Below the pieces are notes generated by a model that was not told where the DNA came from, did no database searches, and saw only the letters and a program-made list of their open reading frames with translations. A DNA stretch of 63,924 nucleotides, filler included, from Saprolegnia diclina VS20 (Eukaryota), in NCBI RefSeq assembly GCF_000281045.1. It is 13 parts of 4 records of this genome, joined end to end, with 100 filler letters (N's around TTAATTAATTAA, not from the genome) between each part and the next. Parts side by side here need not be neighbours in the genome. Positions count along the whole stretch, not along the records: positions 30,999 to 53,374 come from NW_008246135.1; 12 more parts are not named here. The stretch is one strand, 5' to 3'. A program made the position numbers and the translations under genes. Position 1 is the stretch's first letter; each line of letters begins with the position of its first letter. Below are positions 33,798 to 44,334 of the stretch, piece after piece.

Positions 33798-36700
33798 ATC
33801 GCACCACTGCCAAGGTGCGATCAGCAGTCGAATTCGAAAAGCCTCCGTTTCAATCGACTGCAGCAAGCGTTTCTGTAGACACCGGTTGCAATTCATGTCG
33901 ATAAGCGAGTTGGTGGCGTCCATTTGGAGTTGTTTGGGACGACGGACCATTTCGAGAAGAGCAGCTTTACTGCATCATCCATTTAATTTTAGCACGATGT
34001 GTACCGGGTAGACTCGGGTCGGTCATTCCCAGTTACAGCATAGCACACCGCCCGCGTTGGTACGCAGAATGAAAGACGAAGCATTGTGACGTCGTGTATT
34101 GTGCTGTGTGCCGAAGAGACACAGATCTAGGGTTCCTGTTCGTAGGCACACCTGCCATGTGCGATCCCGCCAAGAGTGTTGCCCTGGTGCGATTCCTACT
34201 ATATAGCTTTAGTTGTGAGATCTTCTTTCGGCCAACTCGTTACTCGGGCACCGTAGTTGAGATGAATGCTGGTGCTAACGTTAGTGTCTACTTTTGGTTG
34301 TTGGCGCATTTTGTTGCCTTCATCAAATAAAGTAGAAAAGTGATGCAATGAAGTGGTGCGTCGAGATTCAAACCCAACATGCGTCGCGGAGAAGCGGGTG
34401 TTCAGACAAAGGGCGGAGACAGCGATGCAGTAGATCTAAATGCTTGTGATAACGCCAAGCTGATGTTGCAAGGCCGTTGAGTAGGGCTCTCGGGTAGATA
34501 TGAATAGGGCTCTCGCGCAAACGAAATGCACACATGTACACAGGAGAGGCGGCCCATGCATCACCGCGACAGAAGGAGCAGCGCCACGACACGGCAGGTG
34601 GTGTATGCAGAGCGAGACCGGAAGCAGCGAATTCCAAAATGAGCTGGCCGTGCCCACAGAAAATTGAAGAGTGTTCGTCCAGCCAATCACATGCTGGATC
34701 GCAAAGAGAGATCCACCACCTCAGTCATGGCTAGAAGCATTATACTCGAAGATGCACGAATCGATCGTCTCTGAGGACGCATTGTTGGGAAAAATATGCC
34801 AAGTATGGGCAATCAGAGGCAAAAGCAAGCATCGCATCATTATAACTCTCATTTATTAACTCAAAAGACAACGTCACCGCGAAGGAGAGCAAGATTCATC
34901 ATCCGTTTCGGCTAAAACCACGCAGCTCGAGAAGGATGTGCTCCGAATAGACCTCTAAAAACGCATGTAGGTACCTCTCACACATCATAAATACGGATAA
35001 AGCAAGGCCCAAATGGGCAGAGTGACGCGGTTGCGTTTTTATGAGCCCAAACTGGCGACACGACTCGAGTCCAGGGCGTGGCAATATTGATTTCACTATG
35101 ACCCATCGACGGCCACGTATCCGCTAATGTCCGGAAAACAACATGCCAAGGAGAACACCCACAGGAAGCGTTACGGAGACGATACGGAGGCGCATGCAAG
35201 GGCGCTGCGCGCAAGATAGCTGGCCGTACCGAGAACGGTGGCTCGCTTCGCTCGCAAGATCGCAGGCGATTGGTGGGGCGCGTTTTCCTAATCAGTCCGA
35301 CCTTGGCCCGCCGAGGAGGGGGGCAGCCGAAATCGGCATTCACTTAAAAGATAAGAGAGATAAGAGAGATCACGCGGTACACGTTCATATATATATATAA
35401 ATGTTTTTCCTGGGTCTCTCGTTTCCAGCCTACGGCTAGTGCCGTTTCCAAGAAGTGGAAGAGGTTTTCCGCGCAAGGCCGAGCGTTCTAGAAGACCAAG
35501 ATTTGGAAGCACACACACGTTACAAGATCCAGGCGCTGAGTAAGCGAGCTCGAGCCATCCACGAATATATAGTAAATTTATCAGTTAAAGGCTAACCCGC
35601 CTCGCCCACCATGGCGAGCACCAACACGGTTGTTGCCCAAGTAGCCCGGTCTTGCTAGATGAATGAGATGGCTCCTCCTTGCGTATTTGTGATGTCAATG
35701 GCCAATTGATTTCAGCCATCAAGCACAGTGCACTCTGCGTCAAGGGTTTGCCTCGTGGCCAAGTGCAAAAGGCGTTGGACAAATCCTGAGTATGTCGAAT
35801 GCACTAGGACTATAGAATTGATGCTGTTGCTGATCTTATACATATACTGCTCATGGCGGTTGACCCATGCGTGAGGTGATTGGGCGGCTGCGATGCAGCC
35901 TTGTCGTCGTCGGCGTCGAGGGAAGGTGGAAAACCACAGAAGCTGCAGAAACGCAGGGTTTCGTGGTGTCAAAGGCACCATATTACATTTTTTGAATGAC
36001 TTTTTAACCTTCCAAAGCTTTGGACGTAAATTCTTTTTCTTCGGACAAGAGGAAAACATGTTCGTGTGCGTGGTTTGGCCGTACCATCGCGAGTGGAATG
36101 ACGTACAGCGAAAATACTACTAGTAATACAAAACGAGTGCGATGGGTGTGTCCACTTCGCTAACATTAGCTACCACACTGTGCCATGGCACTGTGCGGGG
36201 CAGCTTGTTGGGCGTGAAGCGTCGTTCAACATCGATGGCAGAGCTTAAACTGAGTCTTGTCGTGTGTAATCCCATTACCAAGTTATCAGTTTCAGTTGGG
36301 ACAACGACCATTTAAACTTTGTATGCTAGCAAAGACGTTCATCAGAGCATCCCCGACATGTCACCCACCAGATGGTCCGTCTCAAGGACGGTTTTTTCAT
36401 AATCTGATAACGTGCAAGCCGCAAGAAAAGGGCCTCCATCGCATTCTCCCGCGTGGTCCCAATAACTTGCACAACACAAGACAAAAGCTAATCAGCAACA
36501 GGACGCACGCATAATTATGGCCGCGAAGTGAGTCTAATTTCACGGGAGACCATTTGACAAATGAGTTTGCACGATTGAAGCGACTACGTTCTGATAGCTG
36601 TTCTGATCCCCATAATGCACCCAGTACATTTTTCGGTGTGGGGCTAGAAAGGGCACACGACACACATGGTGTTTCCAGAATCTGAGTGGCCATCCAATGA

Positions 36701-37420
36701 AGGTATTATCAGACGACCGTTTCTGTGTGAGCACAATTCCAACCGTGCCTAATCCAAGGCGGTTTCGTTTCTTGATCAGAAAGACCTCTCGCAACTGAGA
36801 AACTTGGTCGCAGGTTTACCACTCGAAATGCCATTTATAATCTGAAAATGGTGGGAGCCTTGAGGCGGGGCTAGCGGCCGTCTCAACGCAGCCAATATGT
36901 ATCGTCGACCTCTACCCGACGTCACCTGCGTCACAGCGCAGCCTGCCGGAGCTGCACTAGAATAAGCTTGAATCTAACGTCGCCCGGTCTCAACGACGAC
37001 CTATCCTTCGTTTCGTGGGTGTGAAACCTACCCAATCAATCGCGGCTCTTGACGGCGCGTCGATTGTTTGGCGATTCGACATCAAAACGCGTGCTAAGCG
37101 CGTGCCTATCGGGGCGTCGCGTGTCAGCACCTGGGTGGAAACGCAGTGATCGAGCAATCGAGCCGCTCCATGCACTTGAATCTTGGCTTGAACCGATCCC
37201 CTTGGCGTGCACGCTGGTGTGGCGCCGTCCGTCCTTCTGCGCTCGCACAGTTGTCGTACCTAACTACCCGTTGAACCCACGTGCTTGTGCAAACGTCGAG
37301 CTCTTGAAACCCTGCCATCTGTCTGACTAGAGTTGGTCATGATTTCTGAGTTGGGTGCCATCTGTTTTCACCTTGCGCAGTAACAACCTTGTCGTTGCCG
37401 GCGCCGCGCTCGACACTCGA

Positions 37421-37438
37421 CTCATTCTCGCTTTTGCC
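37421..37438 (+). promoter_or_regulatory. Oomycete Inr/FPR core promoter of the M13 peptidase gene
   Basis: ctcattctcgcttttgcc ending ~20 nt upstream of the ATG; fits the YCATTYYNNNWTTY-type consensus. Confidence 0.55.
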
Positions 37439-37457
37439 AGCTACTACTACTAGTACT

Positions 37458-39479
37458 ATGGTCAAGATCATCGTTACCCTCGGCGCTTTGGCGGCAACCG
37501 CGCTCGCAGGCTCGGTCACCGACTTCCCCAAGGAGGTCGCTGACCTCATGGACCCGACGGTCGACCCGTGCACGGACTTTTATAAGTACGCGTGCGGTGG
37601 CTGGATCAAGAGCGCCGTCATTCCTGCGGACCGCTCGACGACCGACACGTCGTTCAGTGTCATTGCGGCCAAGAACGACGTCGTGATCAAGCAGATCCTC
37701 GCGGCCGGCCACCCCAAGCTCTCCGAGTACTACAACTCGTGCAAGGACGAAGCGTCGCTGACGGCTCTCGGTGTGACGCCGATCGCTGACGACCTCAAGG
37801 CGATTCGCTCGGCCAACTCGACGACCGAGATCCTCCACACGGTCGCCAAGCTCAGTAAGAAGAACGTGCCGGCGTTCACGCAGCCCGCTGTGTACCCCGA
37901 CAAGATGGATGCGACGACCAACGTGCTCTATTCGTTCCAGGCGCCGCTTACGTTTGAAGAGATCGACTACTACACGGACGCGAGCATCTGGGGCTTCCTT
38001 CAGCCGCTCTTCGAGCAGTACATTGTGTCGCTCTTCACGCTCGGCGGCGGCAAGTCGGCGGGTGACGCCAAGGCCGCGGCCAAGGTCATCATGGACTTTG
38101 AGCGCCAGTTTGCCGGTGTCCAGCTCTCCAAGCTCGAGGCCATGGAGGCCGTCACGGCCAACTACAACGCCATGAGCTACGCCGAGGCGGCGACCAAGTA
38201 CCCGCTTACGGTCGGCATCCAGCTCGAGGAGTACGGCTTCAACATCCACAACGGCTGCCTCGACACGAGCAACAAGATCATCTTGCAGGACCTCGGTTTC
38301 TTTGACCGCGTCGAGAAGCTCGTGGCCGGTCTCTCGCTCACGGACCTCCAGACGATCGCCGAGTACAAGCTCCTCAACACGTTCTCGACGTCGCTCACGC
38401 CGGCCCTCGCGACCGCCAACTGGAACCTCTTTGGCAAAGTCATCAACGGCCAGAAGGCCGAGCCGACGCGCGAGGCCCGCTGCTCGGCGGACGTGCAGAC
38501 GGCGCTCGGTGAGATCGTCGGTGACCACTACGTCAAGGCTATGTTCGACGCGACGGCTGCCAAGCGCGCCGACGAAATGGTGCTGGCCCTCGAAGCCTCG
38601 TACAAGATCGGCATCCAGAACGCGACGTGGCTTGACGACGAGACGCGCAAGAACGGTATCACGAAGCTCTCCAAGTTTGTGCACTTGATCGGGGCGCCTG
38701 AGAACCCGCAGATGTACCCTGGCATCTCGCTCGACGCCAAGGACTATGTCGGCAACCGCAACAAGATCAACACGTTCGACACGGAGGCCAACCTCAAGAT
38801 GATTGGCACGCCGGTCGACCGCAAGAAGTGGAGCTCGCCCGCGTCCGAAGTCAACGCGTGGTACAGCCCCCGCCTTAACTCGATCACGTTCCCGGCCGCG
38901 ATCCTCCAGACGCCCTTCTTCTCGGGCAAGTCGGACCCGGCGCAGAACTTTGGCGCGATCGGCATGGTCATTGGCCACGAGATCACGCACGGTTTCGACA
39001 ACTCGGGCCGCAACTTTGACGGCGACGGCAACCTCAAGCCGTGGTGGACCGACGAGACCGCGCTCAAGTTCAACGAGAAGGCCAAGTGCATCGCTGACCA
39101 GTACAGCGGCTTTGTGGCCAAGAGTGAAGTGACGGGCCAGACCCTCGGCAAGGTCAACGGCCGCCTGACGCTCGGCGAGACGATCGCGGACAACGGTGGC
39201 CTCAAGACGGCCTTCCGCGCGTACCAGACGTACACGCAGACCAACCCGTCCGCGTTCACCAAGGAGGTCGGCGACAAGGTCTTCTTCCTCTCGTTCGCGC
39301 AGGGCTGGTGCTCCAAGAACACGGACGCGTACATTCAGCGTATGCTCAAGGATGTCCACCCGCCGGGTAACTTCCGCATCTACGGCGCCGTCCAGAACAA
39401 CGACGCGTTCGCCGCGGCGTTCAACTGCCCTGTCAATTCGGCCATGAACCCGACCAAGAAGTGCTACCTCTGGGAGTAA
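37458..39479 (+). CDS. Secreted M13 (neprilysin/ECE-like) metallopeptidase
   Basis: Signal peptide MVKIIVTLGALAATALAG; DPCTDFYKYACGGW, VNAWY, zinc site GHEITHGFD, GETIADNGG, HPP..FR. Confidence 0.96.
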   Translation: MVKIIVTLGALAATALAGSVTDFPKEVADLMDPTVDPCTDFYKYACGGWIKSAVIPADRSTTDTSFSVIAAKNDVVIKQILAAGHPKLSEYYNSCKDEASLTALGVTPIADDLKAIRSANSTTEILHTVAKLSKKNVPAFTQPAVYPDKMDATTNVLYSFQAPLTFEEIDYYTDASIWGFLQPLFEQYIVSLFTLGGGKSAGDAKAAAKVIMDFERQFAGVQLSKLEAMEAVTANYNAMSYAEAATKYPLTVGIQLEEYGFNIHNGCLDTSNKIILQDLGFFDRVEKLVAGLSLTDLQTIAEYKLLNTFSTSLTPALATANWNLFGKVINGQKAEPTREARCSADVQTALGEIVGDHYVKAMFDATAAKRADEMVLALEASYKIGIQNATWLDDETRKNGITKLSKFVHLIGAPENPQMYPGISLDAKDYVGNRNKINTFDTEANLKMIGTPVDRKKWSSPASEVNAWYSPRLNSITFPAAILQTPFFSGKSDPAQNFGAIGMVIGHEITHGFDNSGRNFDGDGNLKPWWTDETALKFNEKAKCIADQYSGFVAKSEVTGQTLGKVNGRLTLGETIADNGGLKTAFRAYQTYTQTNPSAFTKEVGDKVFFLSFAQGWCSKNTDAYIQRMLKDVHPPGNFRIYGAVQNNDAFAAAFNCPVNSAMNPTKKCYLWE

Positions 39480-40137
39480 GCGATTGGACCTTTGTGTATC
39501 TAACTTCACTAAAAAGTATTGTCAGCATTTCGTTATATCCAACCGTGCCTGTCCACCGCCCCGGTCGGGGAACCTTCAAATTTGGGTTGAGATAGGTGAC
39601 GTGGCAGGCCGCTGCAGAGTGTTCGTTCGTGCAACGTCGACGCCGGGCTTCGTGAGCAGGACGAGCTCGGTCATCGCTGGTGATGTGGCTGGAAGCGCTG
39701 CTTGTAGCAACTTCAACGTCCACTGCTCCGGAACGAAGAGCGCAATCGATTGCGCAATTTGCGCCGGGGTCGGGACATTAGAATTGGGCAATCAATTGGT
39801 CCAATCCAAACAAGCGATTTGATTAGCTGGCATTTACCGTTTAACTCCTTTCCTAACCGAATACACGATATATTGGTTAGCAGGACCGGTATTTATCGGT
39901 ATTTTGCGGGACTACTTTCGAAGGCAAGTCTGGTGCAGTCTGGTGGTGCGCCGGCAGCCGTCTGTTTCATTATGAACCATCATGTCCAATTGTCAACAGT
40001 AAATCTTACACTACCTGTACCATTTGTGCTGTTCCTACATGGAAACTGTCTTTCCGATGGGAAATAGTACATTTGTTGCTATTCAATTTCTTATCGGCTT
40101 ATAGTACACGTAGTGTTACAATGTAAGCTTGGGCTCA

Positions 40138-40611
40138 CTAGCGGAAGTACTGGTTCGAACCGAGCCCGCCATAGCTGGCTCCAGCGCCGTAACCCTGGCC
40201 TTCACCGTACGTGTTGCCGCCATCGTACCCTTGTCCTTCACCGTACGTGTTGCCACCGCCGTTCGTGTTGCCGACACCGTAGCCGCGGTTGTAGCGCTGG
40301 CCGTAGCTGGCACCGCCCTTGCCGCCGCCGTACGTGTTGCCGATGCCATAGCCTGCACCATAGCTGGCAGCGCCGCCATAGCCGCGGCCGCCCAAACCAC
40401 CGCCGCCATAGTTGGACGCGCCGTAGCCCTGGCCGTAACCCTGGCCATACCCGCCACGCAAGCCGTACTTGTTGCCGCCACCACCGTTGTAGCTCATCTG
40501 GGGGCTGTATTCGCTGGCTTCCTGGCCGTACCCATCTTGAACATCGACCGAAGCAGTCGCCATAGCGCTCAAGACCATCGTCGCGAGCATCGTGCGGAGG
40601 AGGGAGTTCAT
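40138..40611 (-). CDS. Secreted Gly/Tyr-rich protein, copy A (157 aa)
   Basis: Signal peptide MNSLLRTMLATMVLSAMATA followed by GYG/SYG/NTYG repeats. Confidence 0.85.
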   Translation of the reverse strand: MNSLLRTMLATMVLSAMATASVDVQDGYGQEASEYSPQMSYNGGGGNKYGLRGGYGQGYGQGYGASNYGGGGLGGRGYGGAASYGAGYGIGNTYGGGKGGASYGQRYNRGYGVGNTNGGGNTYGEGQGYDGGNTYGEGQGYGAGASYGGLGSNQYFR

Positions 40612-40912
40612 CGTTGTCTTGGGAAGTCGGAGAAGGCAAAAGGCAAAGTGAGGATGTGATGCAAACGCGCCCACAACAGCGGAAAACACAGAAAGAGCAT
40701 GAAAACCACGAAAAAGAACAAGCGCGCGAAAACACAAGCCCAAAATAGACAAACCGACCCCAAACACAAGCCTAAAGAAAATACAAGACCCGCAGCCAAC
40801 ACCCAGGACCGGCAAAAAGGGTCATAAACCGCACCTCACCTCACCAGACCTCCCCAAGTCTGCATCACATCCTCACTTTGCCTTTTGCCCTCTCCGACTT
40901 CCCAAGACAACG

Positions 40913-41386
40913 ATGAACTCCCTCCTCCGCACGATGCTCGCGACGATGGTCTTGAGCGCCATGACGACTGCTTCGGTCGATGTTCAAGATGGGTACGGCC
41001 AAGAAGCCAGCGAATACAGCCCCCAGACGAGCTACAACGGTGGTGGCGGCAACAAGTACGGCTTGCGTGGCGGGTATGGCCAGGGTTACGGCCAGGGCTA
41101 CGGCGCGTCCAACTATGGCGGCGGTGGTTTGGGCGGCCGCGGCTATGGCGGCGCTGCCAGCTATGGTGCAGGCTATGGCATCGGCAACACGTACGGCGGC
41201 GGCAAGGGCGGTGCCAGCTACGGCCAGCGCTACAACCGCGGCTACGGTGTCGGCAACACGAACGGCGGTGGCAACACGTACGGTGAAGGACAAGGGTACG
41301 ATGGCGGCAACACGTACGGTGAAGGCCAGGGTTACGGCGCTGGAGCCAGCTATGGCGGGCTCGGTTCGAACCAGTACTTCCGCTAG
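40913..41386 (+). CDS. Secreted Gly/Tyr-rich protein, copy B (157 aa)
   Basis: As copy A; differs at A/T and M/T positions. Confidence 0.85.
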   Translation: MNSLLRTMLATMVLSAMTTASVDVQDGYGQEASEYSPQTSYNGGGGNKYGLRGGYGQGYGQGYGASNYGGGGLGGRGYGGAASYGAGYGIGNTYGGGKGGASYGQRYNRGYGVGNTNGGGNTYGEGQGYDGGNTYGEGQGYGAGASYGGLGSNQYFR

Positions 41387-41682
41387 TGAGCCCAAGCTTA
41401 CATTGCAACACTACGTGTACTATAAGCCGATAAGAAAACTAGGATGCTACCACGAGCATTGAAATTCGAGACGGTTGAGGCCGATTCAGAGATATGAAAC
41501 CGACTGCCACTTTGCACTTTAGGCGCGACCGCACAAGATCGCTATCTTAAACTTCCTAGTCTCGCCTTGCTTTGGAAAAGATACCGGTAGCAATGTGGTG
41601 TGGACGAGAGCCGCTTACTAACTGCTAGTAGGTTGGGCACAAAACCTTCCGTCGAGTTGCAACAAAAAATACTATTTTCTAC

Positions 41683-43384
41683 TTAGAACAGCTTGCTCGG
41701 GTTGAGAATGTTGTGCGGGTCGAGCGCGTGCTTGATGGTCTGCATCACATCGACGCTGTCGCCGTGCTCCATGCGGAGGTACTTAATCTTGCCCGACCCA
41801 ATGCCGTGCTCACCCGTGCACGTGCCTTCGGCCGCCAGCGCCCGCTCGACCAATCGGTCGCTGAACTCGCGCACCTTGGGTTCGTCTTCGTGCAAGAAGG
41901 GCAGCATGACGTGGAAGTTGCCGTCGCCAACGTGGCCGACGATCGTGCCAACGAGCCCCGAGGCCTCCAAGTCGGCCTGCGTGTCGCCAATCACCTGCGT
42001 GAGGTTGCTCAGCGGCACACACACATCGGTCGAGAGCGCGCGACTGCCCGGCACCAAGTTCTAGCATTGCATATGAGACCTGCAACAAGAAACGAAGAAG
42101 GGTGTGTACCATGGTGGCATACCACGCCGAGTGGCGGGCCTTGAGGAGCTCCTTGCGGTCTTCTTCGGTCTCGGCCCAGCTCATGCGCTGCACTGAGTAG
42201 TCTTCCGCGAGCGCTTGGACCGTGCCCGTGTGGTGCGCAATTTCTTCCGGCGTCCCGTTGAGCTCAATCACGAGGCACGGCGACACAATGTTGTTGAGTT
42301 TCGAGTACTTGTTGGTGGCCTCGATCGCCTTGTGGTCCATGAGCTCCATGCGCGAGACCGGAATGCCCATCTGCATGATGACGGTGCACGTGTCGACCGC
42401 GTCTTGGATCGTCGGGAAGCTGCAGACCGCAATCTTGTGCGCTTCCGGGACACCCTGGAGGCGCAGCTCGACTTCGGTTACGACCGCCAGCGTGCCTTCC
42501 GAGCCGATCAAGAGGCGTGTGAGGTCATAGCCCGCCGACGACTTGCGCGCCCTAGCGAAAACAGCGCGTCAGTATCGACACGCAATGCATTGAGCGTTGT
42601 ACTTGGAGCCGGTGCGGATGATGCGGCCGTCGGCCATGACTGCCGTGAGCCCGAGGACGTTCGACTTCATGTTGCCGTAGCTAATATACGAAGGTAAGCG
42701 ATGCGACTACGACACGAGTTGCTCTTCGTACCGGACGGTCGTCGTGCCCGACGCGTTCGTGGCGACCATGCCACCGAGGGTCGCATCGGCACCAGGGTCC
42801 ACGGGGAAGAATAGGCCCGTCGCGCGAAGCTCCGACTCGAGCTGGAGGCGCGTGACGCCGCACTGGACGCGGCAGCTCATGTTCTCTTGCTCGACCTGCA
42901 GACGTCTCGCGTTAGCTCCACCAAGTGATGCGTGATGTGCGTACCGAGAGAATCGACTTCATGTTGGTCAAATCGAGCGCAATACCGCCGTGGAGCGCCG
43001 AGATGTGGCCTTCGAGCGACGAGCCAGCGCCAAACGGAATGATCGGCGTCTTGGTCGCCGAGCAGAGCTTGAGGATCGTCGAGACCTCCTCGGTGCTGTC
43101 GGCGTAAACGACAACGTCGGGCGGGCACGGCGCGTGGTACGACTCGTCCGTACCGTGGTGCTATACATGACAAGAGGCAGCGTGAGGCGGCGCGCGTGGG
43201 CGAGCATATAGCGTACCTCGCGCACCGAGGCAGCGGTCGAGACGCGGTCGCCAAAGAGCTCCTTCAGCGTGGCGAGCGTCTCGGCCGACACGGCGCGGTG
43301 CTCGTACGGGCCGCCCTCGGCCGAGAAGCAGCGGCGCGCGACCGAAGAGCGCTTGGAGATGGCGGCAAGAGACCGGGCCAGCAT
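41683..43384 (-). CDS. LDHD: Mitochondrial D-lactate dehydrogenase (FAD-linked oxidase), multi-exon
   Basis: Transit peptide [81 protein letters not shown]. Confidence 0.93.
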
Positions 43385-44334
43385 CGTCGTCCGTCGAGTT
43401 GCGAGCGAAATGCAAAATACCTCAAAGGGCAATCTCGCGACGCCATCCGGATATCCAGTACCGGATGGATTTTACATAGAGACGCAAGTGGCACATCCTG
43501 CTCGCACCCAAACGACTGTCCGGCACCATGGTCGGACGAAGGTGTCGGATCAGGTGGGGCTGCCTCTTGAGGAAGGTCGCGTCGAGTCTCGTATGCCTGC
43601 GGGGAGCAAGCCCGAGCTACCTCGTTGGCGACGCAGGAAGCAACAAATAAGCCTACAAGAACTTATTGTTTCCTATATTCGTTCGCAGCCGACCGTCCAA
43701 CGGGGACACAATTCCGTGGAAACGTTGTTCGTGTAGCGCTCCCATACGTCAAGGTCGGACGCCTTCATTTGCGATCGACGCAGCGACATGGGGTGGTCAT
43801 TCTGCCACTTTTTTGCATTGGGTGACCGTAAAATCAAGAAATTTGCGGTTTTTCGCAGATTCGATCGAGAAGGTTCGTGCGGCGCCACTTCGTTTGGCTA
43901 CTCCGACGTCGGTTGGCGCGCTTCTTGCAGGTGTCGTGGATTGGTAGTAAAAGTATGTGGTTTCTGACTGCGCAGGAGCTTTGAGGTTCGTCTTCGCCCA
44001 TCCGGTTTCGGAAGCTCAAGGTCGGACTTGACCCTCTGCAAAGCATGCTTCATCAGCCAATCCGAGCGCGCCTCGTCGAACGAATATAGCCAATCAAGTT
44101 CGAGCACACCCGATCTTTCGGGAAACGCCGCCATTTGCGCTGGTCTGCGATGTACTCGCGCAACCCGAGCCTGTTCTTCTCAGACCTTCCGGCGGGTGCG
44201 TCTCTACGCGCTAAGATCTGTGTGGCATATGCTGACTGTGCAGGCCTCACGTCGGCTCAAGACAACGACGTCGTATGTACCCAATTCATTGGTATCTCTA
44301 CAGTGTAGGTAGGGGGAGCGCGACGCGACACCGC

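Larger units (their letters stand above)
40087..41437. repeat. 577-bp near-perfect inverted duplication (40087-40663 / 40861-41437) with 197-bp spacer
   Basis: The arms are reverse complements covering 5' leader, CDS and 3' UTR, with only a few substitutions. Confidence 0.95.

Noticed and set aside
37422..39509. 695-aa antisense ORF overlapping the M13 peptidase
   Set aside because: Shadow ORF produced by strong GC3 codon bias; no recognisable motifs. The same applies to antisense ORFs over SPB1 and LDHD.
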